A DNA stretch of 36,604 nucleotides from Christensenellaceae bacterium (lineage in GTDB: Bacteria; Bacillota; Clostridia; Christensenellales; Christensenellaceae): NCBI GenBank assembly GCA_031556555.1, contig JAVBSU010000141.1, forward strand, positions 1 through 36,604. The letters run 5' to 3'. Positions 25,037 to 33,324 of this stretch are shown piece by piece (the stretch's first letter is position 1; each line of letters opens with the position of its first letter). The notes under the pieces are model-generated. The model saw nothing but the letters and a program-made list of their open reading frames with translations. It was not told the DNA's origin and ran no database searches. Both the position numbers and the translations under genes were made by a program.

Positions 25037-26536
25037 TCAGCCAGCCTCCATCGCCGCCGTGAGCGGCGCGAGGCCGATGCCGTCCTTATCTTTTAAGAAG
25101 CCGTAAAGCTTTTCCATTATGATCTTTGCGCCGCCAATAGAATCGCTCTCCACGTTTATGGGGATCAGCGGGTCGTGCAGGGACAACCGCAGCAGGAACC
25201 AGCCGTCGCCCTCACCCTTATCGAATGAGACGCGAATGCCCTCGTAATTGTCCGACGCTATGCGCCAGCCCGGCCGTGCCTTAGCGTAATCGTTTAGGCT
25301 TGCTATAAGCTTTTCGCCGTACGCCTTAAAATCATCTTCCTTTATATTGAGCCTTATCTCGCGGCTCTCGGCCGGTTCTTTTAATGTTGATATGAGGCCT
25401 GAAATGGTCTTTCCCCGCTTTTTGAGCTGGGCCATGGCGATCAATATGCGCGTTATAAGGTAAGCGCCGTCGTCCAAAAAATAATTCTCCTTGAACGCCG
25501 CGTGGCCGGAAGTTTCAATGGCAAGCTGGGAATCGGTTCCGCTTTCGTTAAGGCGTATGCTTTCGTCGATGACGTTTTTGTAACCCCGCTTGAAGCGGTG
25601 GTGCACGCCGCCGCACGCCGCTATGAACTCCGCCAGCCCGCTGGACGTCACCGAATCCGTCACGATCGTCGTCCCGGGGAACTCTTTTAAGAGTATCGCG
25701 GAGATAACGGCTATGAGCCGGTTGCGGCCTATCTCAGCGCCGCCCACGTCCACGGCGCCCGCGCGGTCCACGTCCGTGTCGAATATCACTCCAAAGTCCG
25801 CTCCGCTCTTTATTACCGCGTCCCTGATGCTATCCATCGCCTCTTCGTTCTCGGGATTGGGTATGTGGTTGGGGAAAGTGCCGTCCGGCTCCAGAAACTG
25901 GCTGCCGCCCGTGTCCGCCCCCAGCGGCTCAAGCACCCGCGACGCGTAGAAACCGCCAGCGCCGTTGCCCGCGTCCACTATGATCTTGCAGCCCGCGAAA
26001 GGTTTTTGCTCGCCGGTGGCCTTTACTATCTTGTCGCGCAGGATGGCCGCATACGTGGGAATAAAGTCGCGCTGCGCCACGCTCCCCCGCTGCGCGGCTG
26101 GCGTCGCGGCCCCCTTTTCGGCCGTAGCGATAAGCTCCGCGATGTCCGATTTTTCAAGGCCGCCCCGAGCCGTGAAGAATTTTAATCCGTTCCTGTCCAT
26201 GGGAAGGTGGCTGGCCGTGACCATTATGGCTCCGTCCGCCATGAATCCGTCCGTGACCGTGGTCATGAACATGGCTGGCGTGGAGCACAGGCCGCAGTCG
26301 ATTACCTCCGCCCCGGCGCCAGCAAGCGCCTCCGCGCAGGCATTGAGCAGCGCCGGGCCGCTCACCCGCGAGTCCCTGCCTATCGCCACTTTAAGCATGC
26401 CGCCCTTCTTTCGCGCCTTCAGCCATTCGTAGAACGCCGCGGCCAGCGCCTTAGCCGCGCCTTCCGTCAGGTTTGCGCCCTCTCCAATAGCAATTCCCCT
26501 TATATCGCTTCCGTTTTGCAGTTTTTTCAGATCCAT
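25037..26536 (-). CDS. Phosphomannomutase/phosphoglucomutase (alpha-D-phosphohexomutase)
   Basis: It has the active-site serine loop MVTASHLPMDRNGLKF, the metal loop FDTDVDRAGAVD and the sugar loop ETSGHAAF. Confidence 0.88.
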   Translation of the reverse strand: MDLKKLQNGSDIRGIAIGEGANLTEGAAKALAAAFYEWLKARKKGGMLKVAIGRDSRVSGPALLNACAEALAGAGAEVIDCGLCSTPAMFMTTVTDGFMADGAIMVTASHLPMDRNGLKFFTARGGLEKSDIAELIATAEKGAATPAAQRGSVAQRDFIPTYAAILRDKIVKATGEQKPFAGCKIIVDAGNGAGGFYASRVLEPLGADTGGSQFLEPDGTFPNHIPNPENEEAMDSIRDAVIKSGADFGVIFDTDVDRAGAVDVGGAEIGRNRLIAVISAILLKEFPGTTIVTDSVTSSGLAEFIAACGGVHHRFKRGYKNVIDESIRLNESGTDSQLAIETSGHAAFKENYFLDDGAYLITRILIAMAQLKKRGKTISGLISTLKEPAESREIRLNIKEDDFKAYGEKLIASLNDYAKARPGWRIASDNYEGIRVSFDKGEGDGWFLLRLSLHDPLIPINVESDSIGGAKIIMEKLYGFLKDKDGIGLAPLTAAMEAG

Positions 26537-26556
26537 AACAGTTCTCCTTCAAAAAA

Positions 26557-27513
26557 TCAAACGCCCATGAGGGCTATGTATAGCGGTATGCTTATAAACG
26601 AGAGCAGCGTGGACACGACTATGCCCCGCGCCGCGAAGTCGGTATCCGCCCCGATGTTCTCGGCGTAAATCGATACCGAAACCATTACGGGCAGGCCGGT
26701 CTGCACAACCATTATATGCGAAGGCAGGGCGGGCAGGCCCATAGCCAGCGTCACAAAAAACATGACCAGCGGCGAGACCACAAAGCGCCCCACGAGCGAG
26801 AGCGAGAGTTCCCTGTCCATGCGCTTTATGCATGATAGGCCCGTCCTGTGGAGCACCATTCCCACAAAAACGAGCGCCAGCGGCGAAGTTATGTTTCCCG
26901 TGTACCTCAGCGCCGAAGTAATGAAATCCGGCATTACGGCATCCGTCACTCCCGCGAGCGAAAGGACTATTCCAATGGCAACCGCTATGAGCGGCGGCTT
27001 TAGCAGCGAGGACGCTATGAGTTTTAAACTGCTCCCGCTTTTCCCTCCGTTTATGAGGCGGCTGTCCCGCTCCAGCTCGATTATGCCGATGCTGTTCATG
27101 AGCACCGTGTTGCCGATATAGTAGAATATTGCGTAAATCACCGCGCCTTCGCCGAAGATGGCGAGCGCCACCGGCAGGCCCATGAATATTGAGTTGGAGA
27201 AGGAAAACATGTCGGTGAAGACGCCCCGCCGCGTCTTGTGCACCTTCGCCGCCTTCGCCACGGCCTTGCCGATGCAAAACGTAACGATCACGCCTATGAA
27301 GGCGGCGGCTATGTACATCCACGAATCCTTCAAAACCTCGTCTGAAATGCCCAGGAACGTCACAAGTATCGTGCAGGGCATGGTGATATTGACGATAAAA
27401 TTGGATGTGAACGAGGTAACGGAATCGTTTGCCCAGCCACGCGCGGCTACAAAATAACCGATCGCGATTATTATGAGCACCATTAAAACAGCCGAGAGCG
27501 CGTTAAAGACCAT
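26557..27513 (-). CDS. AEC-family (auxin efflux carrier) transporter
   Basis: It is a 318-aa polytopic membrane protein with two repeated 5-TM halves. The N-terminus ...VLMVLIIIAIGYFVAARGW is typical of the family. Confidence 0.8.
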   Translation of the reverse strand: MVFNALSAVLMVLIIIAIGYFVAARGWANDSVTSFTSNFIVNITMPCTILVTFLGISDEVLKDSWMYIAAAFIGVIVTFCIGKAVAKAAKVHKTRRGVFTDMFSFSNSIFMGLPVALAIFGEGAVIYAIFYYIGNTVLMNSIGIIELERDSRLINGGKSGSSLKLIASSLLKPPLIAVAIGIVLSLAGVTDAVMPDFITSALRYTGNITSPLALVFVGMVLHRTGLSCIKRMDRELSLSLVGRFVVSPLVMFFVTLAMGLPALPSHIMVVQTGLPVMVSVSIYAENIGADTDFAARGIVVSTLLSFISIPLYIALMGV

Positions 27514-27515
27514 GA

Positions 27516-28847
27516 CTACACCAGTGCAGTATAAATCGCGCGCACCGCTTTCTCAAAGTCGTCGTTTTCCACGCCGACAATGATGTTTATTTCGCTGGAG
27601 CCCTGGTCGATCATGCGCACGTTGACGCCGCCTTCCGCCAGCGCGCCGAAGAGTTTGGCTGAAATGCCCACCCGGCGTATCATGCCCCGGCCCACCGTCG
27701 CTATGAGCGCCATGTTGGAGTAGACTTCCAAGCTGTCCGGTTTGCAGGTCTTTTTTATTTCATCCAAAAGCTGGTCAAGGCAGCCCTTTATCCTGATATC
27801 CGCTATGACGGCGCATATCGTGTCTATTGATGTGGGCATGTGCTCAAAGGAAATGCTGAACTTCTCAAGGCAGGCCAGGAACCTCCGGCCAAAGCCGATC
27901 TCCTTGTTCATGCCGTCCTTCTCAAGGCTTATGACCGTGAAATTCTTTTTGCCCGCCACGCCGGTTATGCTCTTTTGTGAAAGTTCCGCCGAAACCTCGG
28001 GCACTATCATCGTACCCGGGTTCCCTGGTTCGTTCGTGTTCTTCACGTTTATGGGTATGGCGGATTCTATCACGGGGAAGACGCTGTCTTCGTGCAGCAC
28101 CGTCGCGCCCATGTACGCGAGCTCCCGAAGCTCCCTGTAAGTTATTACGTCTATCTTCTTTGGGCTGTCCACTATGCGCGGGTCGGCCATCATAAAGCCT
28201 GAGACGTCCGTCCAGTTTTCGTAGAGCACCGCTTCAGCCGCGCACGCCACTATCGCGCCCGAAATATCGCTGCCGCCGCGCGAGAATGTTTTTATCATGC
28301 CGTTTTTCTTGCTGCCGTAAAAGCCGGGCACTACAGCGCGCTCGTGTTCCTTTAAAACGCCGGGCAGCACGGACATAGTCCGCTTCTGGTCGTAGTTGCC
28401 GAAGTCGTCGAAAAATATCACGTCCGCCGCGTCTATGAAATCGTAGCCAAGGTAGTCCGCTATGAGTATGCCGTTAAGGTACTCGCCGCGCGACGCGGCA
28501 TAGTCCGCCGACTCACCCTGCCATAAATCTTCAATTATCTTGTTTAACCGCGCTTCTATATCCGTGTTAAGGCTGAGTTCGTCACGAATTGAAACGTAGC
28601 GCTCCACTATCGCGGAGAATATTTCATCCACCGCGTCCCTGTTCACAACGGCGCTGTGCAGCATGTACAACAAGTCCGTTATTTTTGTATCGCCGCCGTC
28701 ACGCTTGCCCGGCGCCGAAGGGACGACAAAGCGCCTGTTCGGGCCGGCCATCACGATATCCTTCATTTTCCTTAACTGTGAGGCGTCGGCCAGTGAGCTC
28801 CCACCGAATTTTGCCACGATCACGCCGTTGCCGTTATCATTTTTCAT
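27516..28847 (-). CDS. lysC: Aspartate kinase
   Basis: VAKFGGSSLADA lies right after the proposed start MKNDNG. C-terminal ACT domains are present. I trimmed the track ORF (to 28973) to the ATG at 28847, which overlaps the DUF1015 stop as ATGA. The 42 extra upstream codons are Arg-rich and lie inside the DUF1015 gene. Confidence 0.9.
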   Translation of the reverse strand: MKNDNGNGVIVAKFGGSSLADASQLRKMKDIVMAGPNRRFVVPSAPGKRDGGDTKITDLLYMLHSAVVNRDAVDEIFSAIVERYVSIRDELSLNTDIEARLNKIIEDLWQGESADYAASRGEYLNGILIADYLGYDFIDAADVIFFDDFGNYDQKRTMSVLPGVLKEHERAVVPGFYGSKKNGMIKTFSRGGSDISGAIVACAAEAVLYENWTDVSGFMMADPRIVDSPKKIDVITYRELRELAYMGATVLHEDSVFPVIESAIPINVKNTNEPGNPGTMIVPEVSAELSQKSITGVAGKKNFTVISLEKDGMNKEIGFGRRFLACLEKFSISFEHMPTSIDTICAVIADIRIKGCLDQLLDEIKKTCKPDSLEVYSNMALIATVGRGMIRRVGISAKLFGALAEGGVNVRMIDQGSSEINIIVGVENDDFEKAVRAIYTALV

Positions 28848-30181
28848 ACTTTCCCCTCTTTTGCATTTGCGTCTTCGTCGTAATCCGCGTATGTCAGCAG
28901 CCTGCACTCCATGTAATAGCGCTTTTCTTCCGCCTCGCCCAGCGAAAAAGTCTTCTTGGGCAGCACGCCGCACTTTACGACCAGGTCGAAAAACTCGGAT
29001 TTTTTCAGCGCGTCAAAGTAAAAGCCTATCGAATCATAGCCCCGGGCGAGTTCCGTAAAAGCCTCGTCTCCGTGGATATAGTCAATGGACGCCTGCGGAT
29101 TTTTCTCTAAAAACTCCTCGAATATATCTTGGACCTCGCCCACCGCCAGGGGATGGACGGGATTTTGTATGCTTATCCTGCCCGCGCCGTCGCGGTAGAG
29201 GAAGGGGATCGTGAAAGAGCCTTCCGCCTCGGGCTGGGTGGACGCGTTCCACCTCGTGAAGACCAGCTTGGGGTTTCTGCCCCTCTCCATAAGGCGTTCG
29301 CTTACAAACTGCGCGCAAGCCGCGGGGTTTACGCCCGTTATAAGCCTGTGTATTGGTTTGAACTCCACCGCCTTGTCCCTTAAGTTTATCACTTCACACA
29401 GCGCGAACCTCAAGGGATGATCGGCCCTCTCCGCTTCGCTCAAATGCTGTTTCGCTTCGTCCCAGATCGTTTTCGCCGTGGCCAGCGAGTGGTTGCCGTC
29501 CCCCACGCAGAAGAGCATGTTGTCCCGCCTCCTAAGCCGGCTTATGGCGCTGACCGCCTCGTCAACGTACTTTTGCCCGGAAGCAAGGTAGCCTTCTATC
29601 CTTCCGCCGCCCATCATTAGGTCAAAGCCGTACACTTTCCTGAGGCTGTTCCGCTGTATGTAAAGACCGCCTATCGCCTCGTCACCGGGGTCGTCCATGA
29701 GCAGCATTATATGCGGCATTTCCACGGCCGCGCCCTTTCTTATCATAACGCGCGGGGGTATCCTCGAGAGCACGGTTTCCTCCGTCGCGCGTATCATTGG
29801 TTTTTTTTCTATATCGTAATCGTAAGCTTCGAGGTCTATCGCCAGCATGATGCCTTTGCGCACCTTTTTACCTATATGGCGGAGCACGAGCATTATTCCC
29901 GGAGGCGCGGCCACAAGCACGCCGTCGTCGAGGTAACGGCTCATAGTTTCCTTCATTCCCGCTATCCTCTCTTTAAGCCCGTCCTGGCCAAGATAGATCT
30001 CCGGCAGCATTATGTGCAGCGCGCTGGCCGACGTTCCCACTATTTTTTCAACCTCGCGCCAGTATTCCGGCTGTGAAGTAAACTGGTCGCAGGCAACGAC
30101 AGCCCACTTGGATAAATCAACGCCCGGCGCCGGTATAAGAATTTCCGGTATCATGAATCCGAGCTCTCTTGTATCTAGCAT
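28844..30181 (-). CDS. DUF1015-family protein (function unknown)
   Basis: 445 aa. The N-terminus ...PAPGVDLSKWAVVACDQFTSQPEYW and the GDGNHSLATAK block match my memory of DUF1015. Confidence 0.7.
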   Translation of the reverse strand: MLDTRELGFMIPEILIPAPGVDLSKWAVVACDQFTSQPEYWREVEKIVGTSASALHIMLPEIYLGQDGLKERIAGMKETMSRYLDDGVLVAAPPGIMLVLRHIGKKVRKGIMLAIDLEAYDYDIEKKPMIRATEETVLSRIPPRVMIRKGAAVEMPHIMLLMDDPGDEAIGGLYIQRNSLRKVYGFDLMMGGGRIEGYLASGQKYVDEAVSAISRLRRRDNMLFCVGDGNHSLATAKTIWDEAKQHLSEAERADHPLRFALCEVINLRDKAVEFKPIHRLITGVNPAACAQFVSERLMERGRNPKLVFTRWNASTQPEAEGSFTIPFLYRDGAGRISIQNPVHPLAVGEVQDIFEEFLEKNPQASIDYIHGDEAFTELARGYDSIGFYFDALKKSEFFDLVVKCGVLPKKTFSLGEAEEKRYYMECRLLTYADYDEDANAKEGKV

Positions 30182-30352
30182 ATACTTCCCCTTCCGATAA
30201 GGTCTTCACAACCAGTATAATATATCATATATAACGCAATCAAGCAAAGAAAAAAGCGGACAGCGCCCGCAAACCTGCCGCGAAATGCCATATGCCAAAT
30301 TTCAGCTTGCGGCCCACGGCCTTTCGCCTTTTGGCATCTTATATAAGTATTA

Positions 30353-30398
30353 AGAAAAAACCTGACAGTGCAAGCACGCGTCAGGTTTCTTTTCGGAT
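30353..30398. terminator. Bidirectional intrinsic terminator
   Basis: AAAAAA-CCTGAC-(13 nt)-GTCAGG-TTTCTTTT. It lies downstream of the 49-aa lipoprotein gene on the minus strand. Confidence 0.6.
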
Positions 30399-30449
30399 CA
30401 AGATGCGCGGGCCGGTTTCAAATACGCCCCACGTTTTTGCAGCCGGTTC

Positions 30450-30599
30450 TTATTCAGCCGCTTCCTCACTCGCCTCAGTGGAAGCCTTAGCATCCGCGGA
30501 AGCCGAAGCGCTGGAGCCGCCATTGCTGCTTGTGCAGCCAGCGAATACAAACAGACCTACAAGTAGTACCGATACGATAGAAACCAATGCTTTTTTCAT
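30450..30599 (-). CDS. 49-aa lipoprotein (MKKALVSIVSVLLVGLFVFAGC-TSSNGGSSASASADAKASTEASEEAAE)
   Basis: It is below the track's length cutoff, so I translated it by hand. AGGAGG lies 9 nt upstream. It has a signal peptide ending in the lipobox-like FAGC. The terminator follows about 55 nt downstream of the stop. Confidence 0.55.
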   Translation of the reverse strand: MKKALVSIVSVLLVGLFVFAGCTSSNGGSSASASADAKASTEASEEAAE

Positions 30600-30705
30600 A
30601 AATGTTTTCCTCCTAAATCATCTGTTCGACAAAGCCGCACCCCCCCACTTAAGAAGGCCGCTTTGTGCATACTACCGCCTCATAACAGACGGCTTGACGC
30701 CTGTT

Positions 30706-30734
30706 ATTTTATTACGGCTTGAAAAAAATGTCAA
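30706..30734 (-). promoter_or_regulatory. Candidate promoter of the micro-lipoprotein gene
   Basis: The minus strand reads TTGACA (30729-30734), 17 nt, then TAAAAT (30706-30711). This leaves a 5' UTR of about 100 nt with two imperfect hairpins. Confidence 0.4.
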
Positions 30735-30874
30735 GCGGCTTTTAGCGCCTCTTTCAAGGAACGGAACGGATTTTGACGCATATAGTTATTGATAACCGCT
30801 CTGTGAGCGCATAAACATGCACATCTTAAAACTTTATTAAAAGAATGTGAACAACATGTGAAGACGGGAAATAA

Positions 30875-31699
30875 TCAGGTGTTCTGCCCGCTTATAGCCT
30901 CTTTTATCCTGCTTCCTTCCGCCAGCAGGCCGCTTAGTTTTTCAAAGTCCCCCGCCATTATGGCTGAGCGTACTTCGAGCATGTTCCCTATCAGCGTGTC
31001 TATGTGCCCGCAGAGGAAGTCGCCGTTTTCAATAAAGAGCTCTGCCCACATACAGGGATTGAGGCGGGCCACGCGCGTAAGGTCTTCAAAGCTCCCGGCT
31101 GAGAATCCTTTTAGTACGGCCATATCGTTCTTTACGTAAGAATTGGAAACAACGTGCGCCAGCTGGGACGTGTAGGCTATGGCCATGTCGTGCTCCTCCG
31201 GAGTACAAAGGGTGACGCGCGCGCAGCCGAGCTCCACAGCTACTTCGGATAAAAGCTTGACCGCCGCTTCGTCCGTGTCTTCACCGCGGCAGATTATGTA
31301 GCTCGCCCCCGCAAACAATTGCGCAACACTGGCCGCAAACCCGCTGAGCTCCCTGCCCGCCATCGGGTGGCCTCCCACGTAGCTAACTCCCTTTTCCCTG
31401 AGTGGCGCGCTGACCCTTTGCGCAATGTAGCGCTTTACGCCGCAAACATCCGTCACGACAGCGCCCGGCTTAAAGTCCGCGTTCAGGATATAATCTACTG
31501 CCGCGTCCGGATACAGGCAGCAAAATACAACGTCGCAGGCGGAGATGCCGCCCTCACCGTCAATAGCGCCTTCGCCGATGGCGGCCCGGATAACGCCTTC
31601 GTCCCTGTCGCAGCCCGCCACAAAGTGCCGCGTGTTTGCTTTAAGCGCCTTTGCGATGGAACCTCCGATAAGCCCCAGTCCGACTATTCCTATCCGCAC
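30875..31699 (-). CDS. tyrA: Prephenate dehydrogenase
   Basis: It has the Rossmann motif IGIVGLGLIGGSIAKAL and HPMAG, followed by a C-terminal prephenate-binding helical domain. It overlaps hisC by 10 nt. Confidence 0.88.
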   Translation of the reverse strand: MRIGIVGLGLIGGSIAKALKANTRHFVAGCDRDEGVIRAAIGEGAIDGEGGISACDVVFCCLYPDAAVDYILNADFKPGAVVTDVCGVKRYIAQRVSAPLREKGVSYVGGHPMAGRELSGFAASVAQLFAGASYIICRGEDTDEAAVKLLSEVAVELGCARVTLCTPEEHDMAIAYTSQLAHVVSNSYVKNDMAVLKGFSAGSFEDLTRVARLNPCMWAELFIENGDFLCGHIDTLIGNMLEVRSAIMAGDFEKLSGLLAEGSRIKEAISGQNT

Positions 31700-32736
31700 G
31701 CCACATCCTCCATAGCCTTTAAAAAGGCGTCCATCTCAACGGGTGTTCCGATGGTAACCCGCAAAAAGCTGCCGGTGCGCCCGCTGTCAAAGTGCCTCAC
31801 AAGTATGCCGTTTTGCCTCAAATGCGCGTACGCCTCCCGGGCGTCGCCGCACCTCACGAATATAAAGTTCGCGCTCGAATCTAGCACGCAAAATCCTCTT
31901 TCCCTAAGGATGTTCACTACCCTCGCGCGCTCGTCCGTTATTTTTTTAATCACGCCGCCGGAGTATTCTTCATCCCGGATGGCCGCTTCCGCGCCAGCCT
32001 GCGCCAGCATATCCAGCGGATAAGAGTTGAAGCTGTCCTTTACCGCCTTTAGCGCCGTGATAAGGCTGCTGTCCGCGATTACGTAGCCCGCGCGCAATCC
32101 CGCGAGGCTGTGCGACTTGGAAAAAGTCCTGACCACGGCAAGGTTACCGTATTTACCAACCAGCCCGGCCACGCTCCCGCCGCCGTAGGCCACGTAGGCC
32201 TCGTCAATGACCGCCACCCCCCTGGCGCTGCTGATTACCGCCTCCAGGCTGTCCGCGTCCAGCGCTATGCCGGTGGGTGCGTTGGGGTTGGCCAGAATAA
32301 CGTTTTCCGCGCCCATGAGCGCCTCAACATCCACAGTATAGTCCTCTTTCAGCGGCGCGCGGTCGAGACTTATGTCAAACAGCCGCGCCCATACAGGGTA
32401 AAAGCTGTAAGTGACGTCAACAGTCTTTACCGGCCGTCCGGGATCGAAAAAGGCCATGTAACAAAACGCCAGCGCCTCGTCCGAACCGTTGGAACAAAAG
32501 ACATTATCCGGCGGGATGCCGTGGCTCTCGGCTATGGCTTCGCACAGGCGTCCGGAATTTGCGTCAGGGTAAAGCCTCAGGCGCTTCGCCGCGCTACCGA
32601 TCGCCTCCAATACCTTGGGGCTGGGCGGGTACGGGTTTTCATTCGTGTTAAGCTTGATGAATTTCGTTTTCGGCTGCTCCCCCGCAACGTAGGGGTCGAG
32701 ACCTAAAACCTTCTGGCTCCAGTATTTTTTATCCAT
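31690..32736 (-). CDS. hisC: Histidinol-phosphate/aromatic aminotransferase
   Basis: KLNTNENPYPPSP is present, and the PLP lysine context is TFSKSHSLAGLRAGY. Length is 348 aa. Confidence 0.9.
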   Translation of the reverse strand: MDKKYWSQKVLGLDPYVAGEQPKTKFIKLNTNENPYPPSPKVLEAIGSAAKRLRLYPDANSGRLCEAIAESHGIPPDNVFCSNGSDEALAFCYMAFFDPGRPVKTVDVTYSFYPVWARLFDISLDRAPLKEDYTVDVEALMGAENVILANPNAPTGIALDADSLEAVISSARGVAVIDEAYVAYGGGSVAGLVGKYGNLAVVRTFSKSHSLAGLRAGYVIADSSLITALKAVKDSFNSYPLDMLAQAGAEAAIRDEEYSGGVIKKITDERARVVNILRERGFCVLDSSANFIFVRCGDAREAYAHLRQNGILVRHFDSGRTGSFLRVTIGTPVEMDAFLKAMEDVACG

Positions 32737-32745
32737 AATACGTCA

Positions 32746-32774
32746 ATTTTAAAATAAATTATTAAATTATTCAA
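32746..32774 (-). promoter_or_regulatory. Candidate hisC promoter giving a near-leaderless mRNA
   Basis: The minus strand reads TTGAAT (32769-32774), 17 nt, TAAAAT (32746-32751), then 9 nt with no SD before the ATG at 32736. Confidence 0.4.
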
Positions 32775-32792
32775 CACAAAAGCATAAAAATG

Positions 32793-32801
32793 TGTTAGTA
32801 T
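32793..32801 (+). promoter_or_regulatory. Candidate extended -10 promoter of tag giving a leaderless mRNA
   Basis: TGtTAGTAT (32793-32801) lies 7 nt upstream of the ATG at 32809. The intervening atctcct contains no SD. Confidence 0.4.
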
Positions 32802-32808
32802 ATCTCCT

Positions 32809-33324
32809 ATGGAAAAAACAGACCTTAAGCGCTGTGCCTGGGCCGTGGGAGACGCACTTACCGCCTACCACGACAATGAGTACGGCAACATAAAGACGAG
32901 TGACAGCGACATATTCGAACAGATATGCCTGAATGTTTTCGGAGCGGGGCGCGTAAAGAGCTCGCTCATTGATAAGCGGGACGCGCTCTGCGAAGCTTTT
33001 TTTGGATACGATATAGAAAAGTGCGCCGGCATGGGCGATGATGACATAGCCAATGCGGCCGGCATAACCGGCCTTACTGTGGCCAAAGCGGCGGCTGTGG
33101 CCCAAAACGCGCGCGCCAGCCAAAAGCTTATAGAGGAAAACGGCAGCCTCTTTAAGTTCATCTATGTGTTCAAGCGCCCGGACAGGTTGCTGTCCGCTCT
33201 GAAAAGTTACGGGTACACACAGATCGGCAACGCAACCGCCGCCGGTATTATGAAGAGCCTGGGTGTAATAGAGGCTCACGAACACAATTGTTTTATGAGG
33301 ACTGCCGCGGTTGAGGAAGTCTGA
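32809..33324 (+). CDS. tag: DNA-3-methyladenine glycosylase I
   Basis: RCAW...YHDNEYG...IFEQICLNVFGAG matches the Tag signature (CxW...YHDxEWG...LFExLxLExxQAG). Length is 171 aa. Confidence 0.88.
   Translation: MEKTDLKRCAWAVGDALTAYHDNEYGNIKTSDSDIFEQICLNVFGAGRVKSSLIDKRDALCEAFFGYDIEKCAGMGDDDIANAAGITGLTVAKAAAVAQNARASQKLIEENGSLFKFIYVFKRPDRLLSALKSYGYTQIGNATAAGIMKSLGVIEAHEHNCFMRTAAVEEV

Noticed and set aside
26549-27322. 257-aa minus-strand ORF in an alternative frame of the AEC transporter gene
   Set aside because: It is on the same strand as the clearly polytopic transporter ORF but out of frame with it. Its translation is an Arg/Gly/His-rich artefact.
28848-28973. 42-codon N-terminal extension of aspartate kinase in the track ORF (MRRAAQEDFF...)
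   Set aside because: The extension lies inside the DUF1015 CDS and is Arg-rich. It precedes the canonical VAKFGGSS N-terminus. The ATG at 28847 overlaps the upstream stop as ATGA, which is the usual coupling arrangement.
30182-30352. Search for a lysine (L-box) riboswitch ahead of the DUF1015-lysC operon, and a possible small RNA between two minus-strand terminators (8-bp stem ATGCCAAA/TTTGGCAT at 30292-30337, second terminator about 30250-30270)
   Set aside because: The predicted 5' UTR after TTGATT-18 nt-TATACT is only about 30 nt, and no L-box conserved blocks are visible. The hairpin region has no convincing promoter of its own, so tandem terminators for the lipoprotein gene are the simpler reading.
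30292-30792. 166-aa plus-strand ORF
   Set aside because: It runs through a bidirectional terminator, lies antisense to the SD-preceded 49-aa lipoprotein ORF, and crosses that gene's promoter. Its translation has no features.
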